A DNA stretch of 64,000 nucleotides from Sphingobacteriales bacterium. GTDB lineage: Bacteria; Bacteroidota; Bacteroidia; Chitinophagales; JADIYW01. The DNA lies in assembly GCA_016699615.1 (NCBI GenBank), contig CP064984.1, positions 2,383,855-2,447,854 of the forward strand, written 5' to 3'. The translations under genes were made by a program, and so were the position numbers. Below are positions 11,925 to 21,675 of this stretch, piece after piece (positions within the stretch are counted from its first letter, which is position 1; every line of letters begins with the position of its first letter). Below the pieces are notes generated by a model, which was not told where the DNA came from, searched no databases, and worked only from the letters and a program-made list of their open reading frames with translations.

Positions 11925-12929
11925 ATGATAAGATTAAATCAAATGAGGATAACAGTTGTAGCGATGTTGTTATTAATGACATCGATGCTGTATGGCCAAC
12001 AGGAGCCTCAGTACACCCAATACATGTACAATAAGTTGCCTATGAATGCTGGTTACACAGGCTCACGCGAGGTATTAAGTATCCGCGCCTTGTATCGCAA
12101 TCAGTGGGCAGGCATCAAGGGTGCACCACAGACAGCGACGTTTGCCATTCATAGTCCATTGAAGAAGGAATCCTCAGCGATAGGTTTCTATTTAGTCAAT
12201 GACAGACTAGGCGTTACAAACCAGACATGGTTTGATGCTAGCTATGCCTATAGAGTAAACTTAGGCAAAGGCGTTAAGTTGAGTTTAGGAATAAATGCAG
12301 GTATATTGTGGTACAAGAGTAATCTAACAGACTTAAACATAGAAAATCAACAGGATGTAGTTTTTCAGCAGAATGTAAGTAGAATACTACCAGATGTAGG
12401 CGCAGGTTTATATTTATACCATAAATATTGGTATTTTGGAGCAAGTGTACCAAACTTTATCAAAGGCGATTTACACAATAAGGATGTTATCAAAGCTTAT
12501 GCTAATGATAATACAGGGAGTTTTCTAAGTGCACACCGTACACCACATTTTATTACCATGGCAGGAGGCGTAATACCAGCAGGCAAGGTATTAAAAATAC
12601 GTCCACAGATGATGTACAGATATATAGCCAGTGCGGAGCAGAAGATACCCCATACCTTAGATTTTAACTTGAGTTTATTGATTTATGATAGAGTGAATAT
12701 AGGCGGAAGCTACAGAACATCATTCCACAATAAGAAGACAGGCTTAACGAACAGTGATAGCTTTGATGCTTTATTAGAAGTATGGCCAACGAAGCAGTTA
12801 TTGATAGGATTTGCGTATGATTATACACTAACGAAATTAGGAGATTACAACAAAGGAAGCTATGAGGTTATCTTAGGCTATGATTTTAATTTTGAGAAGA
12901 AACGAGTAATAACGCCGAGATATTTTTAA
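11925..12929 (+). CDS. Type IX secretion system membrane protein, PorP/SprF family
   Basis: Signal peptide followed by the QQEPQYTQYMYNKLPMNAGYTGS motif and ...LYRNQWAGIKGAPQT..., typical of the PorP/SprF N-terminus. It sits immediately downstream of a type-B CTD cargo gene. Confidence 0.88.
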   Translation: MIRLNQMRITVVAMLLLMTSMLYGQQEPQYTQYMYNKLPMNAGYTGSREVLSIRALYRNQWAGIKGAPQTATFAIHSPLKKESSAIGFYLVNDRLGVTNQTWFDASYAYRVNLGKGVKLSLGINAGILWYKSNLTDLNIENQQDVVFQQNVSRILPDVGAGLYLYHKYWYFGASVPNFIKGDLHNKDVIKAYANDNTGSFLSAHRTPHFITMAGGVIPAGKVLKIRPQMMYRYIASAEQKIPHTLDFNLSLLIYDRVNIGGSYRTSFHNKKTGLTNSDSFDALLEVWPTKQLLIGFAYDYTLTKLGDYNKGSYEVILGYDFNFEKKRVITPRYF

Positions 12930-12983
12930 AAGAAGAAGAAGAAAAACAATAAAACTTACCCAAGCAAGGAAAAAGTAAAATAT

Positions 12984-15523
12984 ATGAATACAATCAAACA
13001 GCTTAAACGTCAGATATTGCTAGTGCTATTACTAATGGTTATAGGAGTTTCTAGTATAGACGCACAGGTTATCGAAGGAGGCACATCAGGAGCAGGTACC
13101 ACAGTAGGAGGTATAGGCAAAGCCCAGAAGTTGTATAATGATTTAGCTTACTATGAAGCGATACCATTATATGAGAGTTATCTAAAGAAGCACGATAGCA
13201 CAAGAGCGATGTGTGAGCTAGGCGATTGCTACCGATTAACCTCAAACTTTGAGCGTGCAGAATATTGGTATGGCAAGGCAGTAGAGAAAGGCGATGTAGA
13301 ACCGGAGTATAAGTTATACTATGCAAAGATGTTGCAGGCGAATGAGAAATACGAAGAAAGCAAAATGGTATGCTACCTACAAACAGAGTGTTCCAGAAGA
13401 CAAGAGAGCAGGCAATCAGTTAAAAGCGAGTGCAGATTATGGACAGTACTTATTAACGAGAGATAGATATCAGATAAAGAATTTAAGTTTTAATACTTCG
13501 GGTTATGATTTTGCACCCATGTGGTTTGAGAAAGGACTAGTCTATTCTAGTTCTCGAGACAGTTCAAAGGCAATAGGAAGAGAACACACATGGACAGGCA
13601 CACAGTTTTTTGATATGTATTATGTAGAAGGCGAGAAGACGACCTTTGGCAAGCCAAAACAGATGAAAGCAGATGCATCGACAAAATACCACGAAGCAGC
13701 AGCTACCTTTACCCCAGACAATAAGAAAGTATATTTTACGAGAAACAATTATTATCATGGTAAGGCAAAGACGAGTGATGATAAGATAATCAAATTAAAG
13801 ATATTTGAGTCAGATGTAGAAGGTACGACATGGAAGAATGACAAACCATTCCAATACAACAATGATGAATATAGTGTAGGACATCCAGCACTTACACCAG
13901 ATGGTAATACGATGTATTTTATTAGCGATATGCCAGGTGGCTATGGAGGCACAGATGTTTATATTACAAAGAAAGAAGGCGAAAGCTGGAGCACACCCAA
14001 GAACTTAGGCGAGCAGATCAATACAGAAGGCATGGAGATGTTCCCGTATGTATCTGAAGATGGTGTACTATATTTTGCTAGTGATGGACATGGTGGCTTA
14101 GGCGGATTGGATATCTTTAGAGTAAAGCCAGATGCTAAGACAAATCAATATGGTAAGATCAGAAATATAGGCGCACCAATCAATAGTAGTTATGATGATT
14201 TTAGCTTAGTATATGGACAAGACAAGTCAGTAGGTTATTTTACCTCAAACAGACCAGAAGGGCAAGGCTTAGATGATATCTATAGTTTTGAGGATGATGG
14301 TATTTACTTAGAAGGAATTGTAGTAGATGCAAAGACAGGCGAGCCGATATGCAACAGTAAAGTTATAATGAAGGCAAAGCTGACACAGAGTGAAGAAGGA
14401 AGAATGGAAACGGAGTGTGATGGCGAGTTTGAGTTTGGCGTAGTAAGAAACATGGATTATTGTTTTGTTGCGAGCGCAGAAGGATATAGTAGCAATGACA
14501 AAGTATGTGCTACGACAAAAGGTGTAAAAGCAGGCGAGACGGTATATGTAAAAATACCATTAGATAAAGGACAAGAGTATGCTATGAGTGTACAGGTCTT
14601 GGGCAAGAGCTTAAAATCATTACAAAATAAGAGTATAGATAGCAAGAGTCCAACATCACCGAAGAGTATAGACAGCAAGAATATAGAAAACAAAGATATA
14701 GAGAATAAGAGCATAGATAGCAAAAAGTCCAACATCACCAAAGAGTATAGACAGCAAAAGTCCAGAAGACTTAAAGCCACTAGCAGGAGCAAAGATACTA
14801 TTGTCTAGCAAGTGTGAAGGCTGGACCAAAGCGTTGGTAGCAGATGAGAATGGTAAGATATGCGAGATAGTAAGATGTGATTGTGATTATATCATAGTTG
14901 CCAATGCACAAGGCTATTTGCCAGGCTATACAGAAGTTATCAAAGATGATGGCGATTGTAAGATAGACAGAAAGTGTGGAGTAAATCCAAGAGAAGAAGA
15001 AGTAATCTTAGATCCAATACCAGGCATGCCAGATGGCTATGTCTATGATCCAGAGACAGGTAAGTGGGTAGATCCAAAGACAGGCGATCAGATGGATGCG
15101 CCAAGTATAGAATTGAGAGACATTTACTATGACTTTGATAAATGGTACATAAGAGAGGAGAGTGAGCGAGACTTGAATAAGTTATTAGGTTTCTTGCAAG
15201 AGAATCCAGAAGCAATAGTTGAGATAGGCTCACACACAGATGCGAGAGCGCCGTATGATTACAATATCAAGTTATCACAACGCAGAGCACAAAGTGTAGT
15301 AGATTGGTTGATAGCGAGAGGCATTAGTAGAAATAGATTAAAACCAAAAGGATATGGCGAGACAAAGCCAGTGAATGGCTGTACAGATGGAGTAGTATGT
15401 ACGGAGTATGAACACCAGAGAAACAGAAGAACAGAGTTTAAGGTCATAGGTGGTAAATTTGATATTAGCTCACTACAAAGATTTGATATGCAAGTGGATC
15501 CGTGTAAACAATGTCCATTCTAA
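12984..15523 (+). pseudogene. PorE-like OmpA-family protein (TPR + TolB/PD40-like beta-propeller + CRD-like + OmpA_C), split into three ORFs by frameshifts at A-runs near 13362 and 14722
   Basis: ORFs 12984-13466, 13321-14808 and 14801-15523 are contiguous parts of one protein. It has N-terminal TPR, PD40-type repeats (..TPDGNTMYFISD..GGLGGLDIFRV) and a C-terminal OmpA_C (..GSHTDARAPYDYNIKLSQRRAQSVVDWL..NRRTEFKV). Confidence 0.8.
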
Positions 15524-15561
15524 GAAGGAAGAGACACAAACACAAAATAAGATAAACAAGC

Positions 15562-15595
15562 ATACAGCGTCCAACACCAGGACGCTGTATCTTTT
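15562..15595 (+). terminator. Rho-independent terminator after the PorE-like gene
   Basis: An 11-bp perfect stem ATACAGCGTCC / GGACGCTGTAT with a 7-nt loop, followed by CTTTT. Confidence 0.7.
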
Positions 15596-15652
15596 AAATA
15601 TTAAAAAATCAATACCTATGTGAATTCAATATGAATTCAAATCATTTATTTC

Positions 15653-15660
15653 TATATTTG
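15653..15660 (+). promoter_or_regulatory. Bacteroidota-type -7 box (TATATTTG) upstream of ilvB
   Basis: Matches TAnnTTTG about 19 nt before the ATG at 15679. A direct repeat GAATTCAA-N3-GAATTCAA lies just upstream (~15622-15640). Confidence 0.35.
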
Positions 15661-15678
15661 TGTAAATAGTTAAAATAA

Positions 15679-17396
15679 ATGTCAAATACATATTCAAACA
15701 ATAAGATATCTGGTTCAGAAGCAGTCATTCGTTCATTAGTAGAAGAAGGAATTGATTATATATATGGATATCCAGGTGGAGCAATTATGCCAATATATGA
15801 TGCACTATGGCATTATTCTGATAAAATTACACATATTCTAACAAGACACGAACAAGGCGCAACACATGCAGCAGAAGGTTATGCAAGAGTAAAGGGAAAA
15901 GCAACAGCAGTTTTTGCTACTTCTGGTCCAGGTGCAACAAATTTAGTTACAGGCATAGCAGATGCAATTATGGATTCAACACCAATGGTTTGTATTACTG
16001 GTCAGGTACCAAAACATCTTTTAGGTACTGATGCATTTCAGGAAACAGATGTCGTAGGCATTACAATGCCAATTGTAAAGTGGAATTATCAAGTAACTAA
16101 TGCAGCAGAAATTCCAGCAATTATTGCAAAAGCATTTTATATAGCCAATACAGGCAAACCAGGTCCAGTTTTAATTGATATTACAAAAAATGCACAGTTT
16201 GAGATGATGGAATGGAGTGGATATGAGAAGTGCGAATCTGTAAGAGCATATGATGCAAAACCAGTTATTAATATTGAGAAAATAAAACAGGCAATGCAGT
16301 AATTAATGCAGCAAAGAAACCATTGATAGTTGCTGGTCAAGGTGTAATTATTTCTAAAGCAAAAATAGAATTAGAAGCATTATCTGAAAAATCTGGTATT
16401 CCAGTTTGCTTAACGATGCAAGGCTTAGGTGCTTTTAATCCAAAAGATAAAAACTTTGTAGGCATTCCAGGTATGCATGGCAATTATTCAGTAAATATAA
16501 AAATGAATGAATGTGATGTAATGATTGCCATAGGTATGCGTTTTGATGATAGAGTAACTGGCGATGTGACAAAATTTGGAAAACAAGCTAAAATTGTTCA
16601 TATTGAAATAGACCCAGTTGAGATTGATAAAGTTTTAAAAACTGAAGTTGGTGTATTAGGTGATGCAAAAGAAGTTTTAGAACAATTATTACCATATATT
16701 AATGAAAATAATCATCAAGGATGGATAAATAGTTTCAAAGAATTAGATAAAGCAGAATTGGACAAAGTAATAGATACTGCCATTCATCCAAAAACTGGTG
16801 GTATAAAAATGGGCGAAATCATGCATTTGATTGATGAAAAAACAAATGGAAACGCAATCATAGTTCCAGATGTTGGACAACATCAGATGTATGCCATGCG
16901 ATATTATACATATAATTTGCCAAACTCTTGGGTAAGTAGTGGTGGATTAGGTACAATGGGATTTTCATTGCCAGCAGCAATTGGTGCGCAAATGGCAGCA
17001 CCAGAGAGAACAGTGGTAGCAATAATAGGAGATGGCTGTTTCCAAATGACGATACAAGAATTAGGCACAATTTGGCAACAAAAATTACCAATCAAAATAG
17101 TGATTTTCAATAATAATTATTTGGGAATGGTAAGGCAATGGCAACAATTATTCTTTGATAATAGATACTCGCAAGTAGAATTAAAAAATCCAGATTTTGT
17201 TGCAATTTCAAAAGGATTTGGTATAGCATCATCTAAAGTAGCTGAAAGAGAAAACTTGAGTGCTGCGTTAGATGAAATGTTTGCACATGATGGACCATAT
17301 GTTTTGGAAGTTACAGTAGAGAAGGAAGAAAATTTATTTCCGATGGTGCCAAGTGGCGCAGCATGTAGTGATGTGATTTTAGAACCAGCACAATAA
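15679..17396 (+). pseudogene. ilvB: Acetolactate synthase large subunit (ThDP-dependent), split by a frameshift near 16298
   Basis: N-terminal piece is [32 protein letters not shown]. The frame-0 continuation [16 protein letters not shown] begins at ~16299. The C-terminal piece has GGLGTMGFSLPAAIGA and IGDGCFQM. Confidence 0.85.
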
Positions 17397-17403
17397 TATC
17401 TAA

Positions 17404-18411
17404 ATGTATGATGCATTACAGCTTTTTAAACATGTGCTTGATGCAGATAAAATAGAACTTCAAGCTTATTTAGAAAAAAGCAAACAACTTACAAGAGAAA
17501 GATTTGGGAATACCATTCAGCTTTTTGCGCCATTATATTTAAGTAATGAATGTCAAAATATTTGTACTTATTGTGGTTTTAGTTTAGATAATAAACTGAA
17601 AAGAAAAACACTTACTGATAACGAAATTTTAGAAGAGGCAAAAGTATTAAAATCACTAGGTTTTGACGCTGTTCTTTTAGTAACTGGCGAAGATTATAGA
17701 GTAGATACACAGTATATTATAAATGCAATAAAATTACTAAAGCCATATTTTGCACAAATTTCTATTGAAGTACAACCATTAGAATATGATGATTATGTGC
17801 AATTGAAAAGTAATGGTGTTTATGCTGTTTTGGTTTATCAAGAAACATATAATAAAAATACATATAAATTAGTTCATCCAAAAGGAAAGAAAGCAAATTT
17901 TGAATACAGATTATCTACGCCTGAGAAAATTGGGAAAGCTGAAATTTACAAAATTGGACTTGGTGTATTGTTTGGCTTAGATACAGATTGGAAACAAGAT
18001 GCCATTAAATTAGCTGAACACATTATTTTGTTATCTAAAAAATATTGGAAGTCTAAGTTTTCTGTTTCTTTTCCTAGAATTCGTCCACACGAAGGTGAAT
18101 TCCAACCAAATTGCGAACTTACAGAGATTGATTTGCTTAGATTAATTGCTGCATTTAGATTAACTTTTCCAGATATCGAAATTATATTATCTACACGTGA
18201 AAGAGCAGAATTTAGAGATATTGCAATGCCTTATGGTATTACAACAATGAGTGCAGGCAGCAAAACAGCACCAGGCGAATATCATCAGCAAGAAGATAGT
18301 CTACAACAATTTGAAATAAGTGATGATAGAACGCCAAATGAAGTAGCAATACTTATCAATCATTCAGGACTAGAAGTTATATGGAAAGATTGGGATTATT
18401 GTTTGGTGTAA
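17404..18411 (+). CDS. thiH: 2-iminoacetate synthase ThiH (radical SAM, thiamine biosynthesis)
   Basis: Collinear with E. coli ThiH: RFGNT..APLYLSNECQNICTYCGFS, VYQETY, GKK, SVSFPRIRP, WKDWD. Confidence 0.85.
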   Translation: MYDALQLFKHVLDADKIELQAYLEKSKQLTRERFGNTIQLFAPLYLSNECQNICTYCGFSLDNKLKRKTLTDNEILEEAKVLKSLGFDAVLLVTGEDYRVDTQYIINAIKLLKPYFAQISIEVQPLEYDDYVQLKSNGVYAVLVYQETYNKNTYKLVHPKGKKANFEYRLSTPEKIGKAEIYKIGLGVLFGLDTDWKQDAIKLAEHIILLSKKYWKSKFSVSFPRIRPHEGEFQPNCELTEIDLLRLIAAFRLTFPDIEIILSTRERAEFRDIAMPYGITTMSAGSKTAPGEYHQQEDSLQQFEISDDRTPNEVAILINHSGLEVIWKDWDYCLV

Positions 18412-18418
18412 TTTTATA

Positions 18419-19648
18419 TTATTCATATCTTAAAGCTTCAATTGGATCAAGTTTCGATGCTTTTATCGCAGGATAAATTCCAGATATAATTCCTACAATA
18501 ATACAAAAACCAATTCCTAAACTTATCCAATTCCAAGGTATAATAAAAGTACCACCTATCATTAACGAAACCATGTTGCCTACAGTTACACCAAGTATTA
18601 CGCCTAAAATTCCACCAAGAAGACAGATAACTATTGCCTCTAGCAAAAATTGAGTCATTATGTTTTTATTGTTTGCACCAATTGCTTTTAATGTGCCAAT
18701 TTCTTTTGTTCTTTCAGTAACACTCACAAGCATAATATTCATAAGTCCAACTGCTGCGCCAAATAATGTAATGATTCCAATTATAAAGCCAGCTAATGTA
18801 GCCATACTCATTTTTTCAACAAACATACCAGAAATGCTATCACTTTTTAAAATATCAAAATTGTTTTCTTGGTTTGGTCTTAGTTTTCTTACATTTCTCA
18901 TAATAATTGTAGATGCATCAACAGCAACACCAAGGCTATCGTCTTTATTGCCTTTGATGCTAATCACATAAGATGGGTCACCATAGGCAAAATCTCGTTT
19001 TGCTTTTTTTAATGTTGTTAAAACGATATTGTCTGTGGTAATAAAACTCGAACCTTTTTCATTTAATACACCAATTACAAAATATTTTATATCATTTATT
19101 TTAATTGCATTATTGTTGATAGTGTAATTGCTTCCAAATAATTTTTTTGCAACAGAATAACCAAGTATAGCTACATTCATTCCAGATTTTAATTCTTTAG
19201 TATTGAAATTTCTTCCTTTTATAATATTGTAACCTTCAGTACTAATGTAATTTTCATCAGTACCAAGTATCATAATGTTTGGACTTGTTTTAACGTTTTT
19301 ATATTTAACTGTGGCAGCTTGTGTTGCTAAATATTGGATAGAACAATCTAAGTCTTTCGCATGTTCTTTAAATGTAATAGCTTCAAGGTAAGTAATATTT
19401 CTGTATACTTTTGGTGCTACATTGTCGCCATCCAAATTAAAGCCAAGACTTTTATTTCTTATCTTAAATGTGTTTGCGCCCATTGCACTAAAACTATTTG
19501 AAAGATAAATTTTTAAACCATCTACAGATGTAAGTATGCAAACCAATGCCATAATGCCAATGCCAATAATACTACACGTAATGATTGTTCGTACAATATT
19601 TGTTTTTATTGCTTGGAAAGATATTTTAATTGTGTCTAAAATTACCAC
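18419..19648 (-). CDS. ABC transporter permease, FtsX/MacB-like
   Basis: 409 aa with an N-terminal TM helix, a large periplasmic domain, and a C-terminal FtsX 3-TM region ending ..PAIKASKLDPIEALRYE. Confidence 0.8.
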   Translation of the reverse strand: MVILDTIKISFQAIKTNIVRTIITCSIIGIGIMALVCILTSVDGLKIYLSNSFSAMGANTFKIRNKSLGFNLDGDNVAPKVYRNITYLEAITFKEHAKDLDCSIQYLATQAATVKYKNVKTSPNIMILGTDENYISTEGYNIIKGRNFNTKELKSGMNVAILGYSVAKKLFGSNYTINNNAIKINDIKYFVIGVLNEKGSSFITTDNIVLTTLKKAKRDFAYGDPSYVISIKGNKDDSLGVAVDASTIIMRNVRKLRPNQENNFDILKSDSISGMFVEKMSMATLAGFIIGIITLFGAAVGLMNIMLVSVTERTKEIGTLKAIGANNKNIMTQFLLEAIVICLLGGILGVILGVTVGNMVSLMIGGTFIIPWNWISLGIGFCIIVGIISGIYPAIKASKLDPIEALRYE

Positions 19649-19727
19649 TTGCCAAATGTAAGTATTTTTTACATTTCTTAATTGTGTCTACCTTAATTTA
19701 ATTAATAATTGAGTACTAAAATTTGGG

Positions 19728-19735
19728 TATTTTTG
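19728..19735 (+). promoter_or_regulatory. Candidate -7 box TATTTTTG
   Basis: Matches TAnnTTTG about 50 nt upstream of the ATG at 19787. Confidence 0.25.
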
Positions 19736-19786
19736 TAGTATTGTTTGTATAATATTATATAATATATTACTTTTAAAAAAAATAAG

Positions 19787-20698
19787 ATGATGAAGAAAAT
19801 GTTCTTTTTATTGATGTTGTTTGTGATTAAAATAAGCAATGCACAAGATAAATTAGTAGATTTTAATAGCAATACAATATTGGTTAAAATTATAGAAGTT
19901 GGAGATGATTATATTCTATTTAAAAAATATGATAATCTTGAAGGGCCAGATTATAAAGAAAGTAAATCAAATTATTCAACAGTAGTATTTGAAAATGGGA
20001 AAGTAGAAGTACTTAATAAAAAATATGTAGGTAAAAAAGATAAATCAAACAGACCTAGATTTAAATTAGTTAATAACTTTAAATACAATACAATAGAACT
20101 AGACCTTCTGGCATTTTACACAAATGATGTGCTTGTACAATATACAAGATTTTTAAAGAAAAAAAATATAGCAATCACCATTCCATTCAGAGCTGGATGG
20201 ATTAGAAACAGATACAATGGTATTTATCTAATCGATTTGCCAAATTATTATCCAGAAAGTTATTATAACAACAGTAGTAGTTATTATTATTACGACAATT
20301 ATAATTATAAAAAATCACATGGATATAAATTTTTAACTGGTGCAAATTTCAAGTTTTTCTGGAGAGATAAATATAAAGTAAGAGGCTATGCTGGACCAGA
20401 ATTTATTGTCGGTTTTTTGAGCACTAAGGCATCAAATTATAATTATAGTTATTATGGAAATGGTTCTTATTATCAATATAGATATACAAAAGGCTTTATT
20501 GGCTTGATGGGAACTGTAGGTATGATAGCTCAACCAACAAATATGCTTAGCTTTAAATTAGAATGGGCAGGTGGTTTTGTTGGAGTATTAGGAAAAAAGA
20601 ATATAAGCTACAGTAATTCATATTATAGTTATAATTTTTACAATCAAAAAGTAAGAGGAATTGGTAGAATGACGTTTAGTATAGGATTCAATTTCTAG
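19787..20698 (+). CDS. Hypothetical secreted / outer-membrane beta-barrel-like protein with a Tyr/Asn-rich region
   Basis: Signal peptide (..VIKISNAQD), alternating aromatic pattern, low-complexity NYYPESYYNNSSSYYYYDNYNY, and a C-terminal ..FSIGFNF (terminal Phe beta-signal). Confidence 0.45.
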   Translation: MMKKMFFLLMLFVIKISNAQDKLVDFNSNTILVKIIEVGDDYILFKKYDNLEGPDYKESKSNYSTVVFENGKVEVLNKKYVGKKDKSNRPRFKLVNNFKYNTIELDLLAFYTNDVLVQYTRFLKKKNIAITIPFRAGWIRNRYNGIYLIDLPNYYPESYYNNSSSYYYYDNYNYKKSHGYKFLTGANFKFFWRDKYKVRGYAGPEFIVGFLSTKASNYNYSYYGNGSYYQYRYTKGFIGLMGTVGMIAQPTNMLSFKLEWAGGFVGVLGKKNISYSNSYYSYNFYNQKVRGIGRMTFSIGFNF

Positions 20699-20702
20699 GC
20701 TA

Positions 20703-21650
20703 CTAATCTACGAAAGGCAATACTTTTGGTCCTTGTGCATTTACTTTGCTCACATATACTTCAGACTTAATACCCAAATTATTCATGACTGCTTTCATAG
20801 CATCGCCAACTTGGTGTGCAACGTCTTTGCCTTTGCACAGTGCAAATACACTTGGGCCACTTCCACTAATGCTACTACCTAATGCACCATTTTCTATGGC
20901 AGCATTTTTCATATCATAAAATCCAGGAATTAATTTGCTTCTGTATGGTTCTGCAATATAGTCTATTAAGCTTCTTCCAATTAAATCATAATCACCACGC
21001 AATAAACCTATCATTAAACCACCAACATTGGCACTTTGACGTAATGAATGTGCTAATGATATATCTTTTGGTAATATTTCTCTTGCTTCTTTAGTTAATA
21101 CAATCACATCTGGATTGATAACGGCACACCATAATTCTTCTGGAACAGGAATTTGAATGATGTCTAATGGTTCGTAGCTTCTTACTAAAATGAAGACACC
21201 AAACAAACTTGCTGCTACATTGTCTGCAATGGCTGCATCACAAGCTGCTTTTTCAGCATCAATTAAAAATGGAAGCATTTCATTTTTTGTCAATTTTTCA
21301 TTGCATAGCATATTTATAGCATATACACCAGCTACTGCACTAGCTGCACTACTACCTAAACCACTTCCACTTGGCATCATTTTTTTAAGCCAAATTTTGC
21401 AACCAAAATCAACATTGATGTAATCTAAATATTCTTGAATAGCTACTGTTGCAGAGTTTTTTAGTGGATTTCTTGGTAATACACCACCATCGCCTTCTAT
21501 GTCTACGATTTCTACGCCTTTTTCTGCTTTAATTTCCATTATCAACTCATCACCTGGTTTTTCGATTGCAAAACCTAAAACATCAAAACCACATGCTACA
21601 TTTGCTACTGTTGCTGGTGCGAAAACTCTAATTTTATCTCCAATTTTCAT
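20703..21650 (-). CDS. thrB: Homoserine kinase
   Basis: VFAPATVANVACGFDVLGFA and the GHMP kinase motif PSGSGLGSSAASAVAG. Confidence 0.88.
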   Translation of the reverse strand: MKIGDKIRVFAPATVANVACGFDVLGFAIEKPGDELIMEIKAEKGVEIVDIEGDGGVLPRNPLKNSATVAIQEYLDYINVDFGCKIWLKKMMPSGSGLGSSAASAVAGVYAINMLCNEKLTKNEMLPFLIDAEKAACDAAIADNVAASLFGVFILVRSYEPLDIIQIPVPEELWCAVINPDVIVLTKEAREILPKDISLAHSLRQSANVGGLMIGLLRGDYDLIGRSLIDYIAEPYRSKLIPGFYDMKNAAIENGALGSSISGSGPSVFALCKGKDVAHQVGDAMKAVMNNLGIKSEVYVSKVNAQGPKVLPFVD

Positions 21651-21675
21651 TTTATTTCCTTCAATCTTATATCAA

